Source of the DNA: Amoeboaphelidium occidentale
Lineage: Eukaryota
Length of the DNA: 64,000 nt
Direction: 5' to 3'
Assembly (NCBI GenBank): GCA_023515795.1
Contig: JALGPX010000046.1
Location: 1 to 64,000, forward strand
Shown: positions 35,467-48,302 of the stretch, one piece after another
Layout of the letters: each line of letters opens with the position of its first letter
Numbering within the stretch: the first letter of the stretch is position 1
Position numbers and translations under genes: made by a program
Notes under the pieces: generated by a model
What the model saw: the letters and a program-made list of their open reading frames with translations, nothing else
The model's database searches: none
Told to the model about the DNA's origin: nothing

Positions 35467-38400
35467 ATGTCAGAACTGCAACCAGTAAGTTTCAATTGTC
35501 ATTTGAAATCTAAATCGTTAAGGGAATTTACGTATGGGTAGATCTGCCCAAGTCCAAGTTTCTTAAGGCTGCCGGTAAAGCCCACATTGATTAAAGTGTG
35601 CTGATCATGATGTAGTTGTGACTAAAAACACTGGAAAAGATGTTGTGGTGAAGGTTGATGGAGCTGATGTTATATCACCATATGACAAGATTAAAGTGAT
35701 GCACCAGAGCAGTGTCGATGGGGTACAAGACATGATCTTTCTGAGTGATCTTCATGAAGGATCTCTACTTCATAATCTAAGGGTTCGCTACAAGAAATCT
35801 TTGATATATGTAAAGAACAGCTTCATTGAAAAGTTGATCGTTTAGACTTATGTTGGATCTATTCTGGTTGCTTTGAATCCGTACAAGTCCTTGCCGATTT
35901 ACGATCCTCCTACTGTACGATCTTACAGAGGAGCAGCTCTTGGTGAGCTTCCTCCGCACATATTTGCTGTTGCTGATAATGCATATCGAAGAATGCTTAA
36001 GGATTCAAGAAATCAATGTATGATCATTAGTGGAGAATCGGGTGCTGGTAAGACAGAAAACACCAAGATTATTCTGCAGTACCTTGCTATGCTTAGTGGA
36101 AAACACTCTCAAACTGAGGAACGTATTCTGTCTAGCAGTCCTATTCTTGAAGCATTTGGAAATGCTTGCACAGTTCGCAATAATAATTCCAGTCGATTTG
36201 GAAAGTATATTGAGATTCTATTTGATGAACAAGGCGTTATTAAAGGCGGAAAGTTGAATGAGTATCTGCTTGAGAAATCTAGAATTATAAATCAGGCATC
36301 AAAGGAGCGAAATTATCACAGCTTTTACTGTTTACTGGCTGGTGCTAAAGATTCTGAAAAGCAAAGCTTAAAATTGACTAAAGCAGAAGATTACAGTTAC
36401 TTGAACAAAGGTGGAATCGTTAAAATCGATTCACTTAATGATAAAGAAGACTTTGAAAGACTCAAGGCGGCACTTGAGAATATTGGCGTTAATAGTGAGA
36501 TACAAGTGTCTCTATGGAAGCTGTTGGCTATTATCTTGCATTTAGGCAACATTCAGTTCAGTAAGGCTGATAATGATGACGTTGCTGTCATCAAGAATAC
36601 TCAACCTTTGGAGTGCGCTGCTGAATTGTTACAAATGACAGTAGATGAGTTGAGAATGGCGCTTGTGAACAAGTCTAATGTCACGAGAGGAGAAACCATT
36701 GTTTCTCCTTTGAATCCTGCTCAGGCTGCAGATGGTAGAGATGCTTTGGCAAAAGCTGCGTACGGTTGGTTATTTGGTTGGCTTGTTAAACTCGTGAATG
36801 ACAAGATAGAAGTGCCAGACTCCAAGAACTCGATAGGTGTGCTTGATATCTTTGGTTTTGAAGATTTCGAAAAGAACTCTTTTGAACAACTTTGCATTAA
36901 TTTCGCCAATGAAAAGTTACAGCAGTTCTTTAACAATCATATATTCAAACTTGAGCAAGAGGAGTACAGAAACGAGGGAATCAGTTTCGAAGAGATCAAA
37001 TATCAGGATAATCAGCCTTGCCTTGAAATGATATCAAAAAAGCCTTCTGGCATAATTCAGTTGTTAGATGACGAAAGTAACTTCCCTAAAGCATCTGACA
37101 AGACATTTGTGGAAAAGGTCGCCAAAGCTCATGAGAAAAACACATTCTTTGATAAGCAAAAGACATCAGAGTCGACTTTCTCAGTCATACACTACGCTGG
37201 CAAAGTTACTTATGATAGTAGTGGATTTTTGGACAAGAATCGAGACTTACTGCGTGCTGATCTTGAAAAGTTATGCACAGACAGCAAGTTTTCATTCTTA
37301 TCCGAAGTGAAAGTTGTTGCTCAATTAGACGACCAGTTAAAGAGAAGCTCTTCGAATAGGGCTTCAATAGTTGGTCATGGTACCACTACAATCTCTGCAA
37401 AAATCAAAACCGTTGGCGGAAAATTTGATGAATCATTACAGATGCTTATCAGCGTCCTGAATAATTGTGACCCTCACTTTGTCCGTTGTGTCAAGCCGAA
37501 TACGGTTAAAAAGCCTGATGTTTTTGAAGAGGAAATGGTCTTGCTGCAATTACGCTACTCTGGATTAATGGAAACTGTAAGGATTAGACAATCGGGCTAT
37601 CCAGTGAGAAAGAGATACAGAGACTTCCTATCAAGATATCGTCCGCTCATGAAGAATTCAAATATCGATGATGATACCAAAGCTTGCGAAGTATTTCTGA
37701 AATCTGAGCCACAAATAGCGAAAATGTATCAGATCGGAAAGACAAGAGTGTTCTATAAAGAATTTGCCGATTCTCATCTCGAAAAGAAGCGTTCTGAGAA
37801 ACTTAAGACCATAGCCGTGGTTATTCAGAGATACGTAAGAGGTTACTTGGCCAAAAAGGCTTACCAGAAGAAAAAGAAGGCTGCATCGAAAATCCAGGCT
37901 ACATGGAAAATGCATGCGGCAATTAAAGCTAAACGATTGCGAATCAAAGCTGTCAAGAAAATCCAAGTCTTCTGGCGCGGCCAAGTAGCAAGAAACCAAT
38001 TGGGAAGATTGAAACATGCTGTGAGTGTTGTCCAAACTGTTTTGAGGTTCAGATTGTCTCGCGGCTTTGTGGCGTATATGGCACATCAAGCTGAGTTGAG
38101 AAAGAATGCAGAAAAAATGAAACAGTTGAATATCGAAGCATCTAATGCAGCCATGAACGCAATTAATGAACATAATGAAAATATTGTGAAGTTTATTGAA
38201 AAATCGCTAGGAACGATAGCTTCGAAGAAGTTGGATGAAGAATTTTCAGACAGTTTCTACAAGAGTCCAGTTTCAATATCAGAACCAGTTTCTGTTAAAA
38301 TCGATCCTGCTTTTGAGAATGATGTTGAAATGGCATCTTTTGAATTTTCAAAGTATGTTGCTGCTTATTTTGTGTCCAAGGATGACAAATTTTCTGGTGT

Positions 38401-41400
38401 GCCTCTAAAAAAGCCAGTGCTTTCAATTGTGAACGACAAGTTTGCGGAAACCTGTGCTGCTATTCACCAGAGTTTGTTATCGCTTCTAGACAACACGACC
38501 TTTCAATCGAATTTTGGTCAATTGGATAGATTAAAGTTTATCATTCAGTCATGTCTATCTGAAACATCTCTTTGCGATGAAGTGTACAGTCAGCTGTGCA
38601 AGCAAATGAACGAAAATCCGAAAACTGAATGTATTGTTCTAGGTTGGAGACTGATGTCACTTTTATTTCAATACTTTCCTCCATCGAACACCATGCTGAA
38701 GTTTCTGTTCAAGTATATCGCTGATAATGCTCCTCAACCAATTATCCCAACCTTAAAGAGAAGACTTATAAGATCATCGTTTGTCGGAAAAAGAGTCACT
38801 GCTCCTAGTTATGAAGAATTATGCAAGGCTGGCTCTCTAGAAATTAATGTAGGTGTATCTTTGCCAGACGGAAAGAAAATAACCGTTGACGTGGATCCTA
38901 TGTTATCATGCCATGAGTTAATGGTTGAATGCATGAAGCAGTTACAAGTGACTAGCTTCCCAGGTTGGGCTCTATTCTACGACTCAAAGCAAAAGCGATA
39001 CCGAGTTGATGACTTTGCACATATCCTTGATTTGGATTCAGTGGAAACAAAGAAGTCATTAGCAGAAAATCTAAATCATCTTCCGATTAATTTTGCTATG
39101 GTCAAAGAAGTTTTGGAACCGGAAGAGGTCATTAGGGATGAAGTTTTGGTAGAGATGATATTATCACAAGTCAAAAGAAGTCTCAAAGGCGTCAAATCTG
39201 AGATAGAAATGGATTCTGCTGCAAAGTTGATTGCCATGATTAGACAGGTAGAAAAGTTGACAGAACCTCCTGCACAAAGTGCAAAGACCTTTCTGTCTGA
39301 ATCGTGCAGTTCTTATACTCAGAACGAGAATTTTCTTTCTTTGGTTGATAAATACCAAAAAGGTTATTCTCAAGAAACTAGAAGCGTTTTAAGAAAAACT
39401 ATTATTTATACAGCAGCCGAGATACCTGGCATAATTGGAAGAAAGTTCTCTATCAAGTGTGATAGTCCAGTAATATTCAGCAAAAATCCAGCCCTTATAC
39501 AAAACAAGATCCAACTTTGCATAGACAAGACTGGAATTAACTTTCTGCTAGAAGAAGATGCGAGTGTGTTTTATGTTCTATCTTATGCCGGCATTAACGT
39601 TTCTGAAGAGGGGAAGTTTATAGTTCTTAAATCAGAGTCGGATACAATCAAATTAGAGCCTTTAGATTGTAAAATGGATGTGATTAAAGAAATGATTAGA
39701 AAGTTTGAAATTGGTTTAGTTAGAACAAGTAAATGGGCTGTTGCATTGGGTGATCATGGAAATCAAGGAGATCCTGCGCTCCTGATAATGAAAGAAGGCG
39801 ATGTGATTGAAATCATAGAAAAGAAAGCAGACTGGTGGAAAGGCAGGAATCACAGCTTTACTATCGTTGTCGAAGGATTTTTTCCAAGAGGTTTAGTGAA
39901 CTTGATTGTTTCAAAACCTCAAACGATTCAGAAGAGAACACTGGTCACGGAATCAGAAATTGATGCAGATGGCACCGCTAAGTTACCTACGCTTTCTGCA
40001 ATGTCTATTACAACAAGCACTTCTTTAATTACTCATTCTACCGGCTCTGGCTCAGAAGAGGGTCATCAAAGGCAACCATCAGGCCCAGGAAGTGGATCAT
40101 CATCGTTGGTTCCAGTTCTTGAATGGGCATTACGAAACTTCCGTAATGATAGTAAAAAGAAGAAACTCATGCCAGATGGAGTAAAAGGCACCATAAGAAG
40201 ATTGACTGGTGGTGATTTTAATCTTAAGGAACCCGAACTTGATGTTAATCGCGTGAAGGACAAGTTACAGTTTACAATGTTACCAATCCGCCATAGCCTC
40301 ACAAAACAGTTAACCGGAGATGATGAGAAGCTTGCAGTTGAATGCTTCCAAATTGTCATGAAGTTTATGGGTGATTATCCAGTTAAGGAACAAACTTCTG
40401 TAGATCTAGCAAAGCTGTTGTTGGAAAAATGCTTGTCAAAGAAAGAAGAGTTCAGAACAGAAGTTTATGTCTACTTTTTGAGACAGCTTACCAACAACCC
40501 CAATGCGGCTAGCGAAGCGAAAGGATGGTGGTTTTTACAACTAGTATCAGGATACTTTGCCCCTTCATCTGCGTTTACTGCTGTGTTCTTGAAATGGTTG
40601 CAACTTCGAAATGTTTCTCAGGGTTTCCAATACAGAAATGAGGCCGAGAACATTGAAAAGAACGTTTATGCAACGTTGAGATTTGGTCCCAGAAAATGTT
40701 CGCCAACTCAAGAGGAGATCACTTATCAGGAGCTCGGTCGTCCTCTGACTATCCAAGTGAATTTCATGGATAGGAGCTCGAAGCGTATTCAAATAGCTCC
40801 TTGTTCTGTAGTTGCAGAGATTCCTCAACAAGTCTGTCAAAAGCTTGATATTATCGACAGTTCTCAGTTTGTTTTGTATGCTTACCATAATGACAGTTTT
40901 GCCATGCTATTCCCAGAAGAGTATGTACTTGACGCTATAAACCCAAATGATCCACCACACAGTAAAGTGAAGAGTTCACCAAAGAAATTGTACTTGAAAA
41001 AGATTGTATGGAGAAGCAACGAAGTGCCACGAAACTTGCAAATGACCAATATGATGTTTTCGCAGTTGGTTGATTTCTATTTGACTGGTTTTACAACGCC
41101 TTCAAGTGCTGAGGCATGCACGTTAGCTTGCATACTTTGCAGAGCTGCAGGGGTGGACTTGCTAAACAAGGACGAAGCTAAAAAGGAAGAAATTTGCAGG
41201 AGTTACATTCCAGCTTTGACATTTTCAGTCAAGAGCTCTACTGCTTGGATTAAAGAATTAGAGGGTTTGATGGGCACATATATGGCTCTTGATGTTAACG
41301 CAGCGAAAAAGAAGTTTATTACCGCTGCTCAGTCATGGAAGTTGTACGGCGCTTCAACTTTCAGCGCATCTGAGCTGAAGTGCGACAAGTTTGCTCTTCC

Positions 41401-41680
41401 GGAAAATGGAGTCCTTATCTTTTCGCCATCTGCTCTGATTGTTTTTGACCCTGCAAAGAAAGCTTCTTGCAAAGAATGGCCTTACAATGCTATCAGTGGA
41501 TATTCTTATTCCAGCGACAGAGTGAACTTGAAACTTGGTGGTCTCATGGAAAAAGATCAAACCATTCTTACCGCAGTGACTCCTCTTGGAAGAGAAATCT
41601 GTTTTACGCTCGAGATTTTCGGACATTTAGCCATGGAGGCTCAAGGAGGGAATCGTTTCCAAAACCCAGCCCTTGGATGA
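35467..41680 (+). CDS. Unconventional myosin with IQ motifs and MyTH4-FERM-SH3-MyTH4-FERM tail (class VII/XXII-like)
   Basis: GESGAGKT, NNNSSRFGK, LDIFGFE, FVRCVKPN; IQ repeats; DEVYSQLCKQ and EVYVYFLRQLTNN (MyTH4); WWKG SH3; three short 5' introns. Confidence 0.92.
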
Positions 41681-41720
41681 AATAAAAACAGTTCATTAAA
41701 GCAAAGTATAAATTTACTGG

Positions 41721-41893
41721 AGCGAATTATGCTTCAACAAAAAGAGCGGCTCTTGCGACATAGAGAAGAGCATCAAAAATTTTGTTGAAACATCCAAAAA
41801 ATCCGACCTCCCGGGATCGAACCAGGGACCCCTGGATTACAACAATCACAATTACAGTCCAATGCTCTTCCAACTGAGCTAAGGTCGGTCACA
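41721..41893 (-). repeat. Left arm of ~175 bp inverted duplication (tRNA-Tyr plus 3' flank)
   Basis: Reverse complement aligns to 48303-48476; tRNA identical, flank partly diverged. Confidence 0.9.
41802..41888 (-). tRNA. tRNA-Tyr(GTA), intron-containing
   Basis: Acceptor CCGACCT/AGGTCGG with A73, D arm GCTC..GAGC, anticodon CT-GTA-A plus ~14 nt intron, TTCGA T loop, T6 terminator. Confidence 0.95.
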
Positions 41894-41898
41894 AATTT

Positions 41899-42786
41899 TG
41901 AAAATTCTTCGGGTGATTTTAATANCTGAGTATGCGACCTTACGCATCTCATTTGTAACATTGTCGGCAACAAATTCTTCTTTTATTGGTGCCAGCCATG
42001 CTACCACATTCTCCGAGTCCCTCCCTGAGAACTCAGGAGCCTTCAAACGGTACATTCCTTCTTTAGGTACTGGTACCTCGCGTCTGCTAAACGCCTCTGC
42101 CATTGCCTCCATCTGAATTTGCTGATTATTGACCAATTGCGCCAACTGTTGGAACAATTGATGATTTTGAACTTCAATAGGAGAAACCGGTCTGCTATTC
42201 TGATTAGCTTGATTTGGTGAACTCATTGTGATCTTGATTTGCCTCGACTACCAACTGAAAATTCTTCGGGTGATTTTAATAGAACTATATTGACTAGACG
42301 TGTAGATCTAACCGGCTCTCCCAGAAATAGTGCGAAGATCGGCCGCCTTATATATTCCTCCGGCGGTATCACTATGTGACATCTATAAGATTGTATCTCC
42401 GCTCTATCCAATGATCTATTCTCCATGTGACTATCCACGTTCCAGAATCTGTACACGTGGTTTACCCCTGATTTACCGATAGATCTTCTTATCTTGAAGA
42501 TAACTCTTTCATAGATTTTGTTTTCGTGGAGAATTTAAAGATTTTTAGAGAGGTAGCGTTCCGTCTGCAAAGTTTCTGCTCGCGATATGAGTATTACTTG
42601 AGCCTGGTTAGTTCTCGCACGTCGCTTTCTATGAATNTAATAGAACTATATTGACTAGACGTGTAGATCTAACCGGCTCTCCCAGAAATAGTGCGAAGAT
42701 CGGCCGCCTTTTATATTCCTCCGGCGGTATCACGATGTGACATCTATAAGATTGAATCTCCGTTCTATCCAATGATCTATTATCCA
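41899..42786 (-). mobile_element. Ty3/gypsy LTR retrotransposon, collapsed in assembly: LTR ends, PBS and gag 5' part
   Basis: TGAAAATTCTTCGGGTGATTTTAATA at 41899 and 42256; 42277-42425 repeated at 42638-42786; minus strand reads ...TTTTCA-GT-TGGTAGTCGAGGC (PBS) then gag ATG at 42226 (APEFSGRDSENVVAWL); single-N joins at 41925 and 42637. Confidence 0.85.
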
Positions 42787-42799
42787 AGTGGCCACTCTT

Positions 42800-43663
42800 T
42801 TCTGGACGGATTAAAGTACGCGCACCTGAATGCTTGATACTGTTTGACTGTTCGAAAGAGCAGAATTTTGCAAAATGACCTTCCCTTCCACACTTATAGC
42901 ACTTCTTGCCCTTCCGTTGATGTTTAACTATTAAATCCAATTCCATTGGAACTGAACTACCTTATTGTCTGCCATATTTGCAATTGGAGTAAACGGTGCT
43001 CGTTTTTGACAGAGAGGACCTTGATTCTTTAGTTTTCGCCAATGATTTTGCTCCTGTTCCTTCCGATCCGAATTGGGCGGTTTCGAATTTGGTAGCCAAT
43101 TGAACCGCCTCGTGTACTGAAGTGGGAGCCTTGTAATGCAGTTCTTGTCTGGTCCTAGGACGAAGCCCCTCAACAAAGAAGTATATCTTGTCCATTTCCG
43201 TCATCTCTTCAATTTGCCTAATCCGTTCGCGGTACTGCGTGACATAAGTCAAAATTGACCTGCCTTGCTTCAAATTCTACAACTTTCTGCGTAACAAGTG
43301 CTGCAAGTTATCAGGCGTGAACTCTGCAATTAATAGAGCTTTGAATGACTCCCAGCTCTCAAATGTTTCTGTTGTTCCCCACCATTCCAGAGCGGGGCCA
43401 CGCAAGGAACTGACGGCATAAGCGATTCTGCGCTTGTCATCTTGAACTCTTTCAGTGACAAACCCTTCTTCCAATTGTTTCAGCCAAGTTCTCGGATTCT
43501 CGGAAGGCATACCAGAAAAATTTGCCGTTTGCAGTCTGGACTGTCCTTCCTTCTTATCTTCTTCGCCGTGACCCCTGGCCTCGCCTTGCAATCCAACCAA
43601 GCTAGTTAAAATCTCTTGGTTCTGCTGCATCGCTAATAACTGATGAAACATGTTAGTCATCAT
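42800..43663 (-). pseudogene. Degenerate Ty3/gypsy gag (capsid + CCHC zinc knuckle)
   Basis: FSGMPSENPRTWL, SLRGPALEWW, LKQGRSILTY, FVEGLRP, PMELD, CYKCGREGHFAKFC; in-frame TAG at 43277 and a frameshift near 42960. Confidence 0.85.
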
Positions 43664-43802
43664 AAAGTCGCGTGTAACAACTTTATTGCTCTCTATAAAA
43701 TAAACAAACCAGATTATAACAACACCTCATAGACTAACCCGTGCTGATATTGCTACAATTGTAAAGAGACGCACTGCCGGTGTTGGATATCCAGAGATCG
43801 CT

Positions 43803-44768
43803 GAGGGATTGAGTGCTCATGAAGACCAGAAGCGCAAGGCCTATAATTCCTATATGGTTCATTTGCAGCTTCCGCCAAAAGTAGTAAGGAGACACAGAGT
43901 TATTCAGGGCCACATGGCTTTGGCTATTCTTGATATTGTCAAACATAATCCATTCATTTAGTTCCAACAGATAGCTAATGAGTTGAAACAACATGATCCA
44001 CCGTTTGAAACAATTCCACACAGAACAAGCATTCAGCGTTATTTGGCTAGAGAAGGTTGGCATCCTAAAGAGGCACCTAAGTTGGTTCCTATATCAGCAA
44101 ATAACAGAAAGAAACGCTTGGTTTTCTCTGAGAAACATGAAGATGATGATTTGCAGTTTTGGGACCATGTGGTCTGGAGCGATGAGGTAACAGTTGAAGC
44201 GTGTCCTCGCAACAGAAAATTAAAGGTGCTGGTACACTGTACTCAAAAGTATTGGGAAATCCCGATTAATCCTCAAGTCCAGCAAGGCGGTTTTAAAGTC
44301 ACTTTTTGGGGAGCATTCTCGAAATATGGTATTGGGCCATTAGTACCAATTGAAGGAACTTTAGACAAGGAGAAGTATATTGATTTGTTAGACAACTACT
44401 TGGTCTCTGAGATGAAACACTTAAAACAGGAGCTCGGGCAAGGGTTTGTCTTTATGCAGGATAATGCTCGTTCTCCCACCGCGAAGAAAACTTTGGCTTT
44501 TCTCAGGAAGGAGAAAGACAAAGTCCTTGAGTGGCCACCACGGAGTCCAGACCTTAACCCTATTGAGAACTTATGGCGTATAATGAAGAAAAGATTGTAT
44601 AAAGATCATACTAAGTTTACCTCGAAACAAGTGTTGATTGATTCAGTTCTTCATGAATGGAGTAAAATCCAACCAATTGTATGTGAACACTTAGTTGACA
44701 GTGTACCTAAGCGTTTAAAGGAAGTTATGAAGATTCATGGTTATCCAAAAAAATTTAATCGATTTTAA
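43803..44768 (+). mobile_element. Tc1/mariner (DD34E) transposase, N-terminus disrupted
   Basis: WSDE, MQDNA, SPDLNPIENLW with 34 residues between the second D and E; in-frame TAG near 43959; no TIRs identified. Confidence 0.88.
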
Positions 44769-45699
44769 AAATGTTCGAAAACATCCTGCACGGAAGTTTA
44801 GACGCAATTGTCGAATGTATGGCATTAGGACATGACTAATATTACATATAGTTAGGTATACAATAAAAGTCAACTGTTGAACCACTTATTTCAATAACAA
44901 CAACACTCAGCCAACTATAGGATACACTACTCTTTATAATAGATAAACATGGGCGAACCGATGACGACTCGATTGTTTCAACTATACTTGATTCTAAAAA
45001 CATTGAAAATTCATTGTCAGAACGTAGCCAGTGCGTCTACTAGTTAATGAGCTTTCAGCAATGTACCTGCATAAAATGTAGAGCCATTTTATGCAGTATT
45101 ATTAAAACAATTGTAAACATACAGGGTATTGCAAAGTTGACCTTTTTTCTCTTGTATTCTCAAACTCTGGCTGAATGTAAAAATTCTACGCCGTCCGCGT
45201 ACACCTGATAGCTATTAAATGATGTCTATCTTATTCCAAAGCCCTTTACACAGGTATGTTGCTCTAAAGCAGGTATGCATGTTACCTGAACAATGCCGCC
45301 CGCTTTATCAGTAAACAAAGCAGCTCTAACTATTTAGTCATTCGTGGTATCTTTATTGTTGATGTGAAGTTTTCGAATTGGTGAGAAAGGATCATGGTGT
45401 TGAGGCTCAGAAGATTTGACGGTATCTCTTTAGCACCAAGATCATCAATAAAATGAATTGCTTTTCACTTTTGTATGCTTCTCATTATTGTAACGCGTCT
45501 TGGTATATAACTTTGCTTTATTGAGCATCAGCCACTAATTCCATACTCAGAATTAGCATCACCGGACAAGTGGTCTTAAATGTGGATACTAGAAGTGTAT
45601 TCAAGAGTGTAGTGAAACAATTGGCTGATTCATCGATCAAATATCCAATCAGCCGCGAAAACAAGCTCGAAATTTTCTTTCTTTCTAATGTTATCTGCA

Positions 45700-47674
45700 A
45701 TGTCGTCTTCAGTTACCCAGGTATTCCCAAGGAAGCGAAGCAGAGAAGAAGCTGAAGCTGCTCCTGAGTTCCCAGCATTGCCGGGGCTTTCCTTGGAAAG
45801 AATCGGTGCTTTTGCTGCAAAGTCACAGGCAGCTTTAGAATATATTAAAAAGCTTCCTACTAATACATCGGTGATTTGCTTACCTCTACTCTCCCCGCAC
45901 AAGCCTCCGTATCGTTTCAAGTTTACTGAAGATGAATCTGTTCATATGATTATGAGACAAGCTTATGCTACATTGAGTCAGGAGGTTCTTGATCTCAATT
46001 ACAGAAAATACTCGGGCATTTACGTTCGTGGTCCTGTTGGTGTCGGGAAGAGTCATTTGTTGTATTTGTTGGCAGCTGAATTGCGCATGAACAGAGGATT
46101 GTACAGAGTTACATACATCAGTGATTGCAAAGATTGGCGTAACAATCCGTATGGTTACATTCTTAAAGAGTTTGTGACGACGTTCTTTGATNNNNNNNNN
46201 NNNNNNNNATTTGTTGTATTTGTTGGCAGCTGAATTGCGCATGAACAGAGGATTGTACAGAGTTACCTACATCAGTGATTGCAAAGATTGGCGTAACAAT
46301 CCGTATGGTTACATTCTTAAAGAGTTTGTGACGACGTTCTTTGATGATGTTGTTGATGGGAGGTCTATTATCGACCGGTGTAATGCTGTGCAAGGGGCAG
46401 ATAAGGAAGAAAAGATGATACAGTTGCTTGAGGCGCTTATTAGCTATGTCCAGCAGCAAAACTTGCAATGGATTATCATTTGTGACCAATATAATGCCTT
46501 CTATGCTCGCTCCGTTGTAGCTGATCAATTCCCATTTAGCATCATTGATATTCTTGCAAAGAGTTCCGGGTACAATATCAAGGCTGTCATTTCCGCATCA
46601 GCCAATAATGAAGGATATCCAACAGAGATGAAGGGTTGGAAGACCCATGATTTACCGTCCCACAGGTTTAATGATGATGAGTTCACGGCATGGTGTGGCC
46701 ATTATTTGTTTCCGGGCAATGTGCAAGTCGATCCACAGTCTGACGAAGCTGTTGAAGCCTTGTTCTGGACTGGAGGGGTTCCGTATGAGCTGGATTTATT
46801 ATGGAAGCAGCCAAAGGCAACATTACAGGAAAAAACACTACTGTATCGTGTTGAGAGAATGAAGGAGATGTCAGATGATCATGCAAAGTTTTACCGTAAA
46901 CTGGAAGATCCGGAGAGACATAATCTAAAGTTATGCATATCTCGTATGGCTCTTGGTCTTTCCCCTCCCGCAAGTATTACAGGAATGGACCGGCAGCTGT
47001 TTGACATAATTTCAGATAATGAGGGAAATGCTATTATCAGTGCACTGAATCCTATTGCTCGTTTCGCTTTGTTAACATACCATAATGAAGGTCTTATCAA
47101 CTCCTTCAATTTGGTTGCTGAGCTTGTGTTTAAAAGTGGAGACTACACGAACGACACAAAAGGAAGACTTGTTGAGAAGTACATTGTCAATATGCTGGAG
47201 CAAACGAAAAGATTTAGGTTTTCATGTTACCAAACTACATATTATGGCTTGAATAACACAATCGCTGCAAATCATAATATTGTAATCGAAAATGTAGTAA
47301 GCTTCGCTGGTAATAAGGTCCCCACACAGTCATCCTTCAATATGAATACCACAGCGCTGTTTATCCCTGAGTCTCCAAATTATCCAGGATTTGATTTCTT
47401 CATATGGGATTCTGCAAGGAAAAAGTTGATGGGCTTTCAGATTACTATAAGGAATCCCTTTACTACGCATGGCAAAATGAACAGCACTGGTCCTAATTGT
47501 CAACGCTGGAAAACCCTTTGTTTCGGGGATTCAAATCATGCTGATATGGATCTATATTGGATCATTCCAAAAGAGTGCGTTGGTACAAATACGACTGCGG
47601 TCACAGACTATGTTATCAAACTTGAAGATTTGCACAATGATTTTACTGCGCTAAGTAAACTGGTTCTACAATAA
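45700..47674 (+). CDS. Crinkler-like effector: P-loop NTPase + PD-(D/E)xK-like nuclease
   Basis: PRKRSR basic patch, Walker A RGPVGVGKS, IICDQYNA, WTGGVPYEL, FIPESPNYPGFDFF...GFQITI; one ORF once the N-gap duplication (46192-46208) is collapsed. Confidence 0.75.
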
Positions 47675-48302
47675 AGTGATTTGTGACAGTGGCTGATTAA
47701 GCATATGTTGAGTACACTAAATTAACTTTCATTACCAAATTTCGGAGCAAGGAATACTTGAAAGCTGGATTTAAAAAGTACGGCATTTATTTGTGTCTTT
47801 GTGTTACTTATGAGGTGATGACTAATGCCTCTCTATGACCTGGTTAAAATTGGTGCATTGTTGTTGATATATACTTAGTAATGTTTTTGTACTCAAGATG
47901 TAACAGTATCATACTTGTTCAACAATGGCACTTGATCTATAAGTGCAGTCGATATTAAACTAGTGCTAATTCATTGGCTTTGATCTGTTTGGGGGAGTTT
48001 GATAGTAAAGAATCACGGTTTCCTGAGCGTTCTACTGATCCTTAACGAGATAGCTTCTGGTGTTATGAATGAAAATGTCTGAACACTTGTTTCAATTGGA
48101 GAAGACATTTGTCATGAGCGATGGCGATTCTGCCTGATGTGATCTCACCTTGAACTGAACGTGTCTCACAATCGTCAAAAAATCTCATTGTGCCTCTTTA
48201 GCCATATAGGCTCATCTTGTCTTCTTATTCTTCAAACAGGCACTTGAAGATATCTTCCCAATCTATTCAAATATTTTATAAAGTCACCAAAAACTTCCAT
48301 TA

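Noticed and set aside
42277..42786. RIP-like C-to-T mutation of repeats
   Set aside because: Differences between the two LTR copies are mostly transversions; three TAR stops are too few to support it
25634..43279. TAA/TAG reassigned to Gln, as in some aphelids, to explain in-frame stops
   Set aside because: Conserved genes end at TAA/TAG (thiolase, HUB1, NOX) and long ORFs have no internal TAR; the stops occur only in CRN/TE remnants
44770..45690. Possible gene remnants and Tc1 terminal inverted repeats
   Set aside because: No recognisable motifs or matching TIR pair found by eye
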